Source: the human T2T-CHM13v2.0 reference genome, Homo sapiens. Taken from it: DNA of 64,000 bases. Of the stretch, positions 16,661 to 29,937 are shown piece after piece (position 1 is the stretch's first letter; every line of letters starts with the position of its first letter). The position numbers and the translations under genes are program-made. Where the stretch lies: NCBI RefSeq assembly GCF_009914755.1, contig NC_060937.1; one strand, given 5' to 3'. The notes under the pieces are model-generated. The model saw only the letters and a program-made list of their open reading frames with translations. It was not told the origin of the DNA and searched no databases.

Positions 16661-16967
16661 GAGTACTGGTATATGCCTGTCTCTCAACTTTTGATAAAGC
16701 CAAGAGAATAAGGATTGTCACTAATTGTCAATAATGCATCATTCCACTTATGTTGTGATATGTAAATAATCGTATTCAGAGGCTGTGTTTGGGCATCCAT
16801 CTCTCCTCTTCTACAGGACTGCTTTAGATATTTAGAACTACTGTGAGCTGACATTTCCCCTGCACAGGGAAAGTAGTATATAGTTTGGTAGTTTCTGTAT
16901 CTCAGTAAAATATAATAATTTTAACCTCATAAAATGTATATTACCAGATAAATGAAAAAAATGGAAT

Positions 16968-17176
16968 GATTCATAAGGTCAGGAGTTCGAGACCAGCCTG
17001 ATCAACTTGGTGAAACCCCCGTCTCTACTAAAAATACAAAAATTAGCAGAGCATGGTGGCAGGTGGATGTAATCCCACAGCTACTCAGGAGCCTGAGGCA
17101 GGAGAATCGCTTGAACTTGGAGGTGGAGGTTGCAGTGAGCCGAGATCATGCCACTGTACTCCAGCCTGGGTGAGAG
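16968..17176 (+). mobile_element. AluS fragment truncated at both ends, no A-tail
   Basis: aggtcaggagttcgagacc through ccagcctgggtgagag; no GGCCGGG start and no poly(A). Confidence 0.9.
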
Positions 17177-20100
17177 AACTTTGCATAACTTCTGGGGATA
17201 ATGTAATCTCATATTTATTTATAATAAGAATTTGCTTTAGATGTTTTTCCAGCTGCGATATTGAAATGAAATAGCAAAAGAACCCTGCTAAACATTTCAT
17301 CTTAAAGATACAATTGATTATAATTGTTTTATTTTAAAAGCCTTATTTAATTAGTAAAAAATAGTAAGGATAATTAATTGTTATTGATTTAAGAATATCT
17401 TGAGGAAAATGGGATGACCATGATATTTAAAATAAATAAAGTATTGGTAACCACAAAGTTATCTTTTAATGAAGGATTTTTCAGATGTTAAATAACTTTT
17501 TACAATTTATATATGTATCATATATAAATTTAATTTTCTCACTTTATAAGATAATATAGTTTATCAAGTGTATTTTTTTTTAAAAAATGAGCAAAACTTT
17601 TATACTACCTTGCAAAAAGAGCCTTAATCATTTAAGAAACAAAATTAAATATAAAGATCATATATGTATCATCAATATTGTGTGCAGTGGTATATAATTA
17701 TTAATGTTCTTTAGATTTTAATGTTTTATCTCTTACTCTTACAATAGTTTTGCCAGTGGTATCTTATTGGTGACTAACACATTCTAGGTGTCTTCTTAAC
17801 ATGTAACTGCTTTTGGTTTTTCTTTTCCATTTTCTTATTAGGAGGTATCTGCAGGCTCATATGTGGCAGAAGGTAATTTTAAATAATGAGAAGATAGTGG
17901 ACAGGAGAAATACATGGAAACTTTTGTTGAGGATTACTCATTGCTATTTGAGGAATTGCTTTTATTCCTGGTCCTTCACTTCTTATTTATACAGCGCTTA
18001 TTCTAGATTTATGCCATTAACAAATATTACTTGACATATTTCTAGAAAAATGTTAAGCAGATATCCACAAAGTGTTTTTAAAAGCATGTTTTAATTATTG
18101 ATTTTTATTTTCATTAGATATTTATTTGTAATAAAATCTCTAATCTTTTGAAATTTATATTTAAGGATCACAATACCAGCAGTTATGCTAAATCATTGGT
18201 ATTTTCAACATGGTCAGCCTTGATTTGTCTCTTGAGTACATTAGTTATGACTTAAGCAAAATTAAAATTATTGGCCAATAGAGTTTTTTCACATGAAATA
18301 AAATAGTGTTATTCCCAACTTTTCCTGTTTGTACTTTGGAACTGTAGGCTTTGGGGCTTTGGGGACCCACTTAATTTGACATCTTTGGCACACTGAACCA
18401 GAACCTGGCTTGGAAAGATACAAAAACTACTTTGGCAAATGATCTGTCAAGTGACCCATGAACAAAAGCGAGATTGGGTTGCCCTTTGAAATAAACCTAT
18501 TTGAATTTTATTATCTCCACAGCACCTTGTGTCTCTAATCTTGTGAAAGGTTAGTATTCTATCCATCAGAGCAAGATTAGAGTGCTGGTTGATGTCTGCT
18601 CTTGATGATAACTGAATGCAGCAGTTGGCGCTGGAAGAGGGAGATTCATTACCATCAGCAGTTCAAAAACAGAGGGGAGAGATGGGCACAGAGGGAGTCA
18701 CGTTTACAACAGAAGCTACCTATTCCCAGGTCAAGGTATTTAAAAGAGAACAAAACAAAACCAAAAAACAAAAGACTGCTGTTTGGGCAAAGCTTTGCTG
18801 AGATTTTTAAATAAGTTCCCTCCCTGAAAGCAGAGCTGTATTAAGGCTATATTTTGCAGAAATTACCAATTTTTAATTTCAGATACCTTCTTGTAAACAA
18901 TGCTGATTGCTGATGGGTGGCTTTTATGACACACATCAGAGGAAAAAAATAAGAATGATATTATATCACTATATAACATACAACTAATAACAACAAAAAA
19001 TATAAAACATCCACTAAAGTGTGAAATAATAAGCCTGTGGCATGAATAATTATTTTTGAAAATTACTGAATTCTGAACTGAATGTCCTTTTGGGGAGACT
19101 TTTGTGAATGATCCATATAATTCAAAAATTGAAATATAAACAATTTGAAATTTGTAAAATATGTAACTGTATCAAAGTAAGCATATTCTTATCTAGAATT
19201 TAATATAATTTTAACATGATGAAAAATGACCTGCATACATTCAACCCTGTACAATTTCAAATAGGTACTGGCAGTCACTAATTGATACTTTATCAAATGA
19301 TTAAAGATGATTGTTTTTTGTTTCTTGCATTCCAAATGACAATGTTATGAAAGTAAAATAGCCTTCCAAGAACATGAGATTAATGAATTTGACATTTTTC
19401 TTTGAGAAGTATCCTGTGAATAACTGACAAAATAAATTTAATCAATGTTAAGCAAATTAGGTTGACATTAAATTTATTCATTTTCATTTAGTTCTTACAC
19501 AATAATACTTTGTCTCATTATGTAACTACATCAGGATATCTATTGTTTGTTTATTCATCAAAAGTATATTCATTACCTTTGAATGAAGACATCTGTGATG
19601 CCACATGAGCCTGATATTATTTTCCTGTTGATAGATTTAAAGACTAAAATGATTTCTAAGACATGGCTTGGGGAGCTGAGCCATCTCTAACTCCTGACAT
19701 CAATAAGAACCAAGTGTATGGTAAGGAGCAAAGGTGGTAAAAGGTGTCTTAACTTCCTTTACTTTGGTTATTGTTTTCAAATTGTTTGTAGAAACATTTA
19801 TAGAATTACACAGTTTATCATCTTATTCATCAAATCCCCACCAAAGGCTCTGTAGAGAAAATGAGCAATGACTTTCAATTCATACAGTCATTTAAATCTA
19901 AGATTGATTTTTTTTCTTTAGTTTGGTCTGATATCTATAATAATGAACAATGAAATTTTATTGTCTCCTGATTACATCAATTTGGGAAATCCTTTCTCTG
20001 CCAAGAAATAGATGGAAATTATCTATATTTTAAAAAGCATTCATTACAATACCAAAACTGCAGATGATCATATTATCAATTAATAATTACCTAACCATCC

Positions 20101-20866
20101 TGGGGACTATTATTTTATAGACAGCACGCTGTGCTTTAGAGACTACTACTTTCTTCTTTTGTTTATTAAACCCTTTTTACTAATCAGCATTAATTCACTA
20201 TATTTAGAGTGAAGAGACCCAAATTCTATTCCATGCTACGTTGTTGTTACATTCTGTGATTTTGAGTAAATTACTTGTTTACCTTCTGCCCTCTTTATGC
20301 TTTTTTTTTTTTTCAGCTTGATTCTTGGATTCTCCATGGTAGATTTATTAGACAAAATACTTCCTATACTTTTAGGTCTTTTAAGTTAAAATAATATTTG
20401 TTTTTTTTTCAACTATGAAAATAATTTATAGCCATCTACTTAAATTTTCCATGCCTCGGTTTCCTCAAATGTTAATTTTGGAAAATTAGACAATGTACAG
20501 AGGAAAAAAAAACACAAACTATATTCTTCAACCAATTGTAAATCGTTATTATATATTTTGATTTTTCTTAATAGGCATATTCACAAATTATTTACAAAAC
20601 TGAGATTGTACTGGATATATACTTTCATGTCTTTTGTTTCTATCTTAGCATACTATTACGGTATTATATTTTGTATTAAAAGTGGATTTCATTTGAATCT
20701 GGTGAAGCTTATGTTTCAGGTACCTTCCCATTAATAGACCCTTTCGAAGCCTCTGTACCTAATTGTGCCTACTCACAATTGTGTAGAATATTTGTTAAAG
20801 GGAGTCCTGTAAATTGCATCAGCATCAATCCTCATAGAATCTGGGTCTATCACTGTAGGCACTAAA

Positions 20867-21055
20867 CCTGGAGGAAGGCTGCCTGGATTTGGAATCCCAG
20901 CTCCATCACCTTGGAAGTTACTTAAATTTGCTGTGCCTCTGTTTCCCTAAATGTAAGACGTTGATGATAATAATAACTACCTCATAGGACTGTTGACAAC
21001 ATGAAATCAGTTAATATAAGAATCCCTTGGAATAGTAGCTGACTGATAGTATTTG
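20867..21055 (+). mobile_element. MIR
   Basis: gaatcccagctccatcac...gtgcctctgtttccctaaatgtaa...ataataactacctcatagg. Confidence 0.75.
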
Positions 21056-21352
21056 GTGTTAGCTTTTAAATATTCTTTAAAAATAATTATAAACGTAACA
21101 GTATTTTGCAGTGTAGATTTATCCTTCTTGTGAGATTTTCAAATCCTTTTTCATTTTAGCTCATATAAATAATAATGGGATGGATATCTTTGTACACAAA
21201 TCTTTGACCTTACCTTTGTAATTGAACTATTTCCTTTTATTAGTGTTATTTTCTACTGAAGCATCTTTCATGTCACTATTTATTTAAAAAAGACTTTGCT
21301 AATAAATATCAAAGAAGTTAAAACTTATATTTTAAAAAATATAAGTAGTTTA

Positions 21353-21643
21353 GACTGGGTGCAGTGGCTCACGCCTGTAATCCTAGCACTCTGAGAGACC
21401 GAGGTAGGTAGATGGCTTGAGCTCAGGAGTTCCAGATCAGCCTGGGCAACATGGCAAAACACCATCTCTGCAAAAAATACAAAAATTAGCCCAGTGTGGT
21501 GGCGTGCACCTGTAGTCCCAGCTACCCAGGAGGCTGAAGTGGGAGGATCCTGGGAGCCCCTGGAGGGGAAGGTTGCAGAGCCGAGATGGTGCCGCTGCAC
21601 TTCAGCCTGGGTGACAGAGTGAGACCCTGTTTCAAAAAATAAT
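21353..21643 (+). mobile_element. AluJ-like element
   Basis: Full dimer with gcttgagctcaggagtt and gggaggatcc J-type motifs. Confidence 0.9.
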
Positions 21644-21646
21644 GTA

Positions 21647-21907
21647 TAGATAGATAGATAGATAGATAGATATAAATTTATAAAAATTATACCTATAATA
21701 TCTATTATAGATATAATTTATTAGTTATACCTATATATATAATACATAAATATATAAGTATATATAAAATAAAAACATAAATTATATACTTATATATTAT
21801 AGATGTATTTATTTATACAGTATATATAATTTTATATGTTAATATAAATCATATATATTTATTATATGTATATATTATATATAATAATTTATATATACAC
21901 ACACACA
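21647..21907. repeat. Compound (GATA)n / AT-rich low-complexity / (CA)n tract
   Basis: Visible directly after the Alu tail. Confidence 0.9.
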
Positions 21908-22716
21908 TAGTTTAAAACAACTCAGAAATGAAGGTAGGATATAGTAGAATATACAAAAATATTACTTTTCAATTTCTTTTTTTAAACTCTCATAATGTTC
22001 TACTTACATTTGCTCTTATTTAGACATCTGTGGAACAAGGTAAATTTTTTTATTCTGTGAATTTTCACATTTTTCAGTATTGCCAGTTTTTGATGGACCA
22101 GAAAGATATAACCTAAAAACTTAGCTTTCAATTAAGATGTAATATTTTCACAAAATTTTTATATATAATTATGCTTTTACAACTCAGCATTTCTCAATAC
22201 CTTCAGTTTTTGTTGTCTATGTTATGTGCTTAAATGCACCCTAGGTGGGCCGTGACTGGCATTCCTTTTCCCCTGGTCATTAATTAGCTGGAGGAGTATC
22301 AAGCCCTGTTCTTTCCTCTTCCCATGGTATACCCATCCTTCCCGCATCGTGGGACAAGCCCATTGTCCTGTAATTGATGTAAGCAGAGGGAGAGTTGAGA
22401 GAGAGTGCTGGGTGCTGATAAATGGGAAAGAAATGGAGGAGAAAGGAAAAGATACCAGCACAGTCTTGTCCTCAGAAGCACTGCTAGTGTTCCTCACATA
22501 CTGTTGATACTCTTTCATCAATGAAACTCTCTCTTCTCAAGATGCGAATACTGGCTGTCTACAGGGAGTAAAGAGAAGGGAAAGGAAATGAAGGAAAGAA
22601 TAGAATTGGGAGTTTTCATGATGTATAATATGGCTCCATCCCCATTTCTCCTTCCACTGCCCATGGAACCACAATCATACATCAACTAAAATGAAAGTGT
22701 TGGAGAACGAAGAGCT

Positions 22717-22895
22717 GCAGTGATTCTCAATCTTGGCTGCACACTGGGATCACCTGGGGAGATCAGTATACAAGATATACAAGTATACAAGATATACTGG
22801 TACCTGGATCCCACTCCCAGAGAAAATGAATGCAGCCTGGGCATAAAGATTTTTAAAAGTGATTTTAATGGGCACCCTGGGTTGAAAACCACTGA
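22717..22895. mobile_element. MER5B-like hAT-Charlie MITE
   Basis: Terminal inverted repeats cagtgattctcaa...ttgaaaaccactg. Confidence 0.75.
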
Positions 22896-24870
22896 ACTGT
22901 GTGAAGAAGAAGGAAAAAGTACACTCCATTTGACTGTTCCTCTTTAGTCTCCTTAGAGCCTACACAATCTTTTGTTCCAATAGCCCCAGGTCCTTATCAC
23001 TGGCTTTTAGCAAAAAACTAGCTTTGGGTCCACATCCCAGATTTGATCCTTGGTGGTTTGTTCTTGGAGTTTTTCCATCTGCTAGTCCAACAAATGTTTA
23101 GGTGAAGAAGGAACGGGAGCTGGGGAAAGAACTGGGTTTGTGAACAGGTTAATATATATTGTTAATACTACCATCATGATTTGGAAACCTAATTGCCTCT
23201 TACAGTTGAGAAAAAAAAAGCTGGGAATGATTTTAAGTTACTGTTAATACAGTTATATACTTTAGGTGCATAAAGGGTTAAACAGGCATCCCACACTCTG
23301 GTTAATGTCATTTCTGAAAGAAAAATGGAAGCAGATTTGCGGGCCAGGCCCAGAGGCCATTTTCTTTAGGCCAGTGCTAGGAAACTGCAATGATGAAAGT
23401 CAACTGCGAAAGCATCTCAGCTTTTAATTTTATATTCAGAGCTTAGGGTGAGATAGAAATGCAGTCCATAGGCTCAAAGCAGTTGTTTGCTTTTAGCAGC
23501 AACCATCAGCACATTTCAGACTTAATTCATGATTCTGGGAATTAATAGTTTATCTATACCACCATGAGAACATAAATGGCCTAATCAGTCTTTCTTACTT
23601 TAAAAGATATCTTTGGGAGAAATAACCTACCAAGAAATAAAACATTTATCAATCTAATGTGTAAAGGATCACTAAGAATAGAAAAAGTTTAACCTTGTGA
23701 AATGTGGATTCAAGTCAGCATTTCTACAAACTGCTTTATTGCTTCAAATCTCCCTATATCAACCAATTACATAGTGCTGCTTTTCAGGAAACTTTCATTT
23801 TTGCAACTGAATTACACACTTGATTCTGAAAAATCCAGCATTTAGTCTCTTCAGCTGACTGTAGTGGAATTAAATTGAAGTACTTTGGTGCAAGGTATTG
23901 ATTATTTTTAATGAACATTCATGGTTGTATACTGATGACTTTTCATTAAAAATTTCTTCATGGAAAAGTTTATTAAATTAGACACATTGGAAAAACATAA
24001 ACTGGTGATGTACAATTGTCCTGAATAATGCATTAAAATACATTATTATATTCTTGATTTACTTGACTTACTGAATAGGAGTATTGCCCTAGAACTCTTG
24101 TTTCTACTTATATATAATTTAAGTAAATTTAATTTATAATGTTTAAGAGTTTCCAATACACATTGAGAGTAATATAATACAAAGTGATCCTTGGATTAAA
24201 TATTGTGAACATTTTTGAATTATGTGTTACAGTATTTTTAACAGCCAATATACTTATGATTTTCTGAAAATAATTCTCCTTGTTTTGTGATGAACATTAT
24301 ATTTTGTTGCAGGGCCTTTGATAGTTTTTGTAAGATGTTAAAAGATAGTTTAAATTTCTATTTTTATTAATTGTCATGAATGGAAAGTTAAAAAAAAAAG
24401 GAAATTGTAATAACAATAGTTTTTCTTAACCCAGTATCAAAGTAGGGTTTTTTTTTTTATTCTTCTTTTTCATCTCTATACTCTTTTAAATGTCAGAGTT
24501 ACTGTGAGATTTTTTTAAGTCTCCTGGGACTCATTAGACTACAGCCTTAGAAAAATTTAGGAGTGTCTCACTTTAAAATCACTAAATTCACCTGAATCCT
24601 CCAAATCATTTACATGATTGAGGGAGTTACTTTTAGATTTTAGCTACCGTGCAAAGGAATATAAAGAGATGAGTGCATTGTGGAGTTTTCAGAGCACATT
24701 TTAACATATGAAAATACTGAAAGAAAAGGAACTTTTATTCTACTGTTTATGAGAGAGTTGGCAGACTAATAATTAAACTGTCTTCCTGACTACAAGAATT
24801 TAAAGGCATGATATGTTTTGTTGAATTAATTTATCTTTGAATGTCTCACTTAAGATTTTGACCTGCCATG

Positions 24871-25060
24871 CTAAGGATTGGCAAAATTTTTTGGTAAAGG
24901 ACTAGATATTAAATACTTTTGTCATTTTATACCACATAAAGTCTCTGTGATATATCATCTTTTGTTGTTGGTTTTTTTCTTTGTATTCAAACAGAAAAAT
25001 GTGAAAACCATTCTTAGCTCACAGGACTTAAAATAGGTTGCTGACTAGAAGCAACCCCTT
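24871..25060. mobile_element. MER58-like hAT-Charlie element
   Basis: ggattggcaaaattttttggtaaaggactagat...aatgtgaaaaccattcttagctc...caacccct. Confidence 0.6.
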
Positions 25061-25759
25061 CTTGAAACTGTTACGGTATTTCGTAAAGTATGTTCTCTGA
25101 AACACTTGTTTTCAAGCTATTTAATAATGTTATAGGGATGAGGGTCCTGAAGAGGAAATAGGCCTGGAAAATACTCATATAGGAAAGGTAAGCAGATTGT
25201 CTGCTGGGGACGTTCAGTACTAGAAGCATTGTCCTGGGTGCTGAACCTCTCCAGGGGCCTGGGATGCACAGTTCAGGCGCACAGTCTCTTCCTGGGCTGG
25301 TCAAATGTACCTCGAGAAGTACAAATTTAGGACATTGGGATTTTTAAGTGTTGCAATTATAATCATTTGCAACCACAGTACTCAACTGTAAATAACATCC
25401 TTTATTAGAACTCCATTTTGGAAGTGGAAACATATCTTTTCTGTATTATATTTGGACAGTCACATCTCACAGTAGATGTACTATGTGATCAGCTTTTTTT
25501 GTTCTTCCTCAGTTTCTCTAACTTGTCTTTCCATTGAGATTGCTGAACAAAGTCAGGGCCCCCCTGTCTGTGAGTCTCCTTGGTTGAAACAAATAACATT
25601 AATAGCTCTTATTTTAAGGACACTCATTTCCTTAAAGGATAACTATTATAGAGAATTTTAACAAAATGTTAAGACTTACAACTGAATTATATATTTAAGC
25701 ATATTATCTAACATGAAAATATGATTTCTATGTAATTTGTCAGGGATATGTGAATGTAG

Positions 25760-25990
25760 TCACGTATATGTATAATTGTTATATGTATATACATATATAC
25801 ATAATAATATGTATACACATGATATACATAAAGTACATAATATTTTGCATAAAATACATAATATGATATACATAAAATGATTTACACAATATTGTCTGTA
25901 TATATAAATATACACATTTCATATATACATGTATGTATATACATATTGTGAATTAATTATGATTTACACAATATTTTCTATGTGTACAAA
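25760..25990. repeat. (TA/TACA)-rich low-complexity region
   Basis: tatatacat-type repeats; atgatttacacaatatt occurs twice. Confidence 0.75.
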
Positions 25991-26231
25991 TATCATAAAA
26001 TGAGGCACCATTTTGGCCAAACATTTTAACTATCCTTTTGTAAGCCAGTCACTGTTCTATACACTGTAGTGATAATCCCAGGTTCTGTGTTTGATTTTCT
26101 TCTAGCAGAAGCCCCCGCTTTTAGGAAAATATACCAATCCCAGAGGTTTGAGCATGCTCTCCAGGCTCGGTTATCTGCATTAACTACTTAATATTAAGAG
26201 GACAATAATCACACATGAAAATTATTATTAT

Positions 26232-26611
26232 TATTTTATTACACTTTACATTCTGAGGTACATGTGCAGAATATGCACGTTTGTTACATAGGTATACATG
26301 TACCATGGTGGTTTCCTGCACCCATCAACCCATCACCTACATTAGGTATTTCTCCTAATGCTATCCCTCCCCTAGACCCCCACCCCCCAACAAGTCCCAG
26401 TGTGTGATGTTCCTCTCCCTGTGTCCATGTGTTCTCATTGTACAACTCCCACTTATGAGTGTGAACATGCAGTGTTTGGTTTTCTGCTCTTGTGTTAGTT
26501 TGCTGAGAATGATGGTTTCCAGCTTCATTCATGTCCTGCAAAGAACATGAACTCATCCTTTTTTATGGATCCATAGTATTCCATGGTGTATAAGTGCCAC
26601 ATTTTCTTTAT
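26232..26611 (-). mobile_element. L1PA7/8-like 3' end, 5'-truncated
   Basis: Reverse complement of the L1 ORF2 end and 3' UTR (ataaagaaaatgtggcac...gggatagcattaggagaaatacctaatgtag...taaagt). Confidence 0.9.
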
Positions 26612-26943
26612 TATTATTATTATTATTATTATTATTTTATTATTATTATTATTATTTTCTTTGAGATGGAGTCTCGCTCTGTCACCCAGGCTGGAGTGCA
26701 GTGGCACGACCTTGGCTGCCTGCAACCTCTGCCTCCTGGGTTCAAGCAATTCTCTTGCTTCAGCCTCCTGAGGAGCCAGGACTATGGGTGCCTGCCACTA
26801 TGCCTGGCTAATTTTTTGTATTTTTAGTAGAGACAGGGTTTCACCGTGTTAGCCAGGATGGTCTCGATCTCCTGGCCTCATGATCCGCCTGCCATGGCCT
26901 TTCAAAGTGCTGGGATTACAGGCATGAGCCACCATGCCTGGCC
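26612..26943 (-). mobile_element. AluSc/Y-like element with (AAT)n tail
   Basis: Diagnostic ccgtgttagccaggatggtctcgatctcc; (TTA)n tail at 26609-26657. Confidence 0.92.
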
Positions 26944-28900
26944 GAAAATTACTTTTATAAATAATTTAGGTATGACTTTAGAATGCATTTTGCAATTTAT
27001 ATTTAAATATGAATTTATCCACTGTCCTAAGAGTTTATAATGCTTCCCATTAATTATTCATATCATGGTCTGAAAATTTGACTTAGGATAGACTACAAAG
27101 CCATCCTGCTGTCTTGTTCTTTCCTAGAACTGTTTCTTGTCTATCATCGTTTTGGATCTCTGGGTTGCATTCTGGTTCTATTGATCTAGGGCAACTCACT
27201 TAACATTTTGAGCCTCAGCTTTCCTATCTGCAAACTAGATAAACTAATAACTGATTGCCTTGCAAGTAAGTAAAGCCTGTAATAAAATATCTGATGCCCG
27301 TTAGAAGTCAGGCAACATCTTAGGTACTATCTTTACTTTTACTTGAAATTAGCATCATTCACTGTTTCAAATCCACTTTTGTCTCCAGTTAAAGTTTGGT
27401 ATCTTTACTTTTCTCCTAAAATATGACGAAGACAAATGGAAATGATGAAGATGTTCTATTGCCATATTACTGGCATTTTTAATTAGTTTGTGTATATGGA
27501 GGGGAGGGACATTTACTTGAGGGTTAAAAATTTGGTTCTAATAACCTCTCAAACAGGAAAGATGTGGATTCCTACTATGAGATCACTTTGAAATTACATA
27601 AGCTTTTGTTAAGTCCTAGGAATAATTAGTTGAGTAAATAATAATACTTATAATAAACTTAATTTATAAAAACATACACCTACACACATTCAGAGCAAAG
27701 GAAAGTGTGAATTATGAGATGCAGAAGTGGCAAATCCCAAAGGAATTATTGCTTAAAGCAATATTGTCTTTTAATAATCATAGATTTTTATTTCTCCCTT
27801 TTAAAATAAACTGTAATTTAAAAAAATCTTTATATAATTTCAACCTCAAAATCTAAAAAATACATTCAAAGAATCTGCTTTTTACACCAAAAAATGCAAG
27901 TGATGTTTAAGAAAAAAATACTGAGACAATGTAATATCTATTGGAAATAGTTCTTTTCCTTTTTCCCTTATATAATTGCTTTTTAAAAAAACTGTATGAG
28001 TGAGGAAATAAAGGATGCCATAGTCTTGCATATTAAAAACAATACTTGAGCAAAGCCTCAATGTGAGTTTATTCAATACAGCAGATGACTTATTGAGTGG
28101 AAGAAGGCTTTATGTGTGAGACTGCAATGTGTGAGACTCAAAAGTGGTTTGGGAATTAACTCTAATGTAGCATGCTGGGCATTGCTTAAATGTAGTATGT
28201 GAGTGAATGTGAGTGCAATCAGCTTGGTGAGATAATGCACTATGAAGTCATGTCCCAGCAGGGACAGAACAGCAGAAGCAATCATTAAGCCACGCAAAGA
28301 ATGGCTCAGGACAGGCAGAGTTTGGAGAGAAAGTCAAGCTCTGGCAGAGCGATATTGATAGCCAACTTTTTTTTTTTTAAACAAAGGCACAATATTATAT
28401 GCGTAGGTACACATGAACTTGGAGCATGGGGGGTTATACATGAATATTTATATGTGTATAAATGTATAAGAATTTGCAAGATGACAAGAGGGCAAATCAG
28501 TTATGTCCTGTTCTAAGATGTGGTTTGTGGGATCTTTCTTTCTCTGAGGTGGGCCCACAAAATCATCACTATCAAAGAGAAGTCCAGAACCAAAGGAGTC
28601 AGGATGTATTTCACTGGATGGTCATGTTCATCCATCGATCTATTCATTCATTCACTATTCACCACTTTTTAAGGCACTATCATGTAACAGGCACCATACA
28701 TGGAAATGGGAGTATTGACTACCGAGAATCTTACTGTGAATACAATCTGTATTTCAATTCCTTCCATTTAAGACACAGCACCTCAAATTTGTATTACAAA
28801 CAAATCATGGGGTTGATGAGATGTGGTTTAGAAATAGGCTGGCGTTTTCTCTGAATATTTTTAATGTTCTATTAGTAGACCTTGGAATCTATCAGTAGAA

Positions 28901-29149
28901 GGGTGGCTCTCAGCAGGTGGGGGTAAGGAAGGGAGTGAGAGTGGTCTTGTCCCCAAGAGGACATTTGATAATGTTTGATGACATTTTGGTTGTGACTACT
29001 CAGAGAAGGATGTGCCACTGGCATCTAAAAGGTAGAGGCCAGGCATACTACTTAATAATTTACAATATACAGCACAGTGCTCCCCAAACCCCTGCCCAAA
29101 GAAAGAATTATCCAGCTCAAAATGAGCACAGTGCTGAAGTTGACACCTG
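28901..29149. mobile_element. MER20 hAT-Charlie element
   Basis: ggacatttgataatgtttgatgacattttggttgtgac...actggcatct...aagaattatccagctcaaaatg...agtgctgaagttg. Confidence 0.8.
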
Positions 29150-29611
29150 AGATAGACTAGGGTCATCTACTGCTCAATAGCACACAAGCTGCAGCTTGCA
29201 AAGGACACCGCCTCATGTGGCAAGGACAGACGTCCTGAGCAATGTCCATCTTTACTCTACTTACTTTCAAGGTCCCAGCCTCTGGGAAGTGGGAAGAGAT
29301 AGGCCATTTGGGACCATGTTTTCCCTCCCTCACAGTCTAATGCAGAAGAGGATAAATGGCACTGTGGGTCTCCCTTCATTAACGCTCCTCATTAACTCAG
29401 CATTTTCCTGCAGATTATATCAGGCTGTTACATAAGCAAGATGCCTTTTGAAAGGAGAAATGATCTCAAAGATATATCTGAAAGCTGACACATGTGTGTG
29501 GAATGAGAAAGACTACTCCTCATTTCACCTTGAGAAAGGCAGGAGGGAAGACAGGCTGGTAAGTTTATTGAGTGTCTATGGATCATAACCCTTATAGGAT
29601 GTCAGCTTTCA

Positions 29612-29937
29612 TCTTTTATTTTTTATTTTATTATTTTCTTTTTTTTTTTTTTTTTTTGAGATGGATCTTGCTCTGTCCCCCAGGCTGAAGTGCAGCAGTA
29701 GGATCTCAGCTCATTGCAACCTCCGCTTCCTGGGTTCAAGTGATTCTCCTGCCTCAGCCTCCTGAGTAGCTGGGACTACAGGTGCCCACCACCATGCCTG
29801 GCTAATTTTGTATTTTTAGTAGAGACGGGGTTTCACCAGTTTGTCCAGGCTGGTCTCGAACTCCTGACCTCAGGTGATCTGCCCACCTCGGCCTCCCAAA
29901 GTGCTGAGATTACAGGCATGAGCCACTGCACCCGGCC
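29612..29937 (-). mobile_element. AluSx-like element
   Basis: Perfect 15-bp TSD ggatgtcagctttca at 29597-29611 and 29938-29952. Confidence 0.96.
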
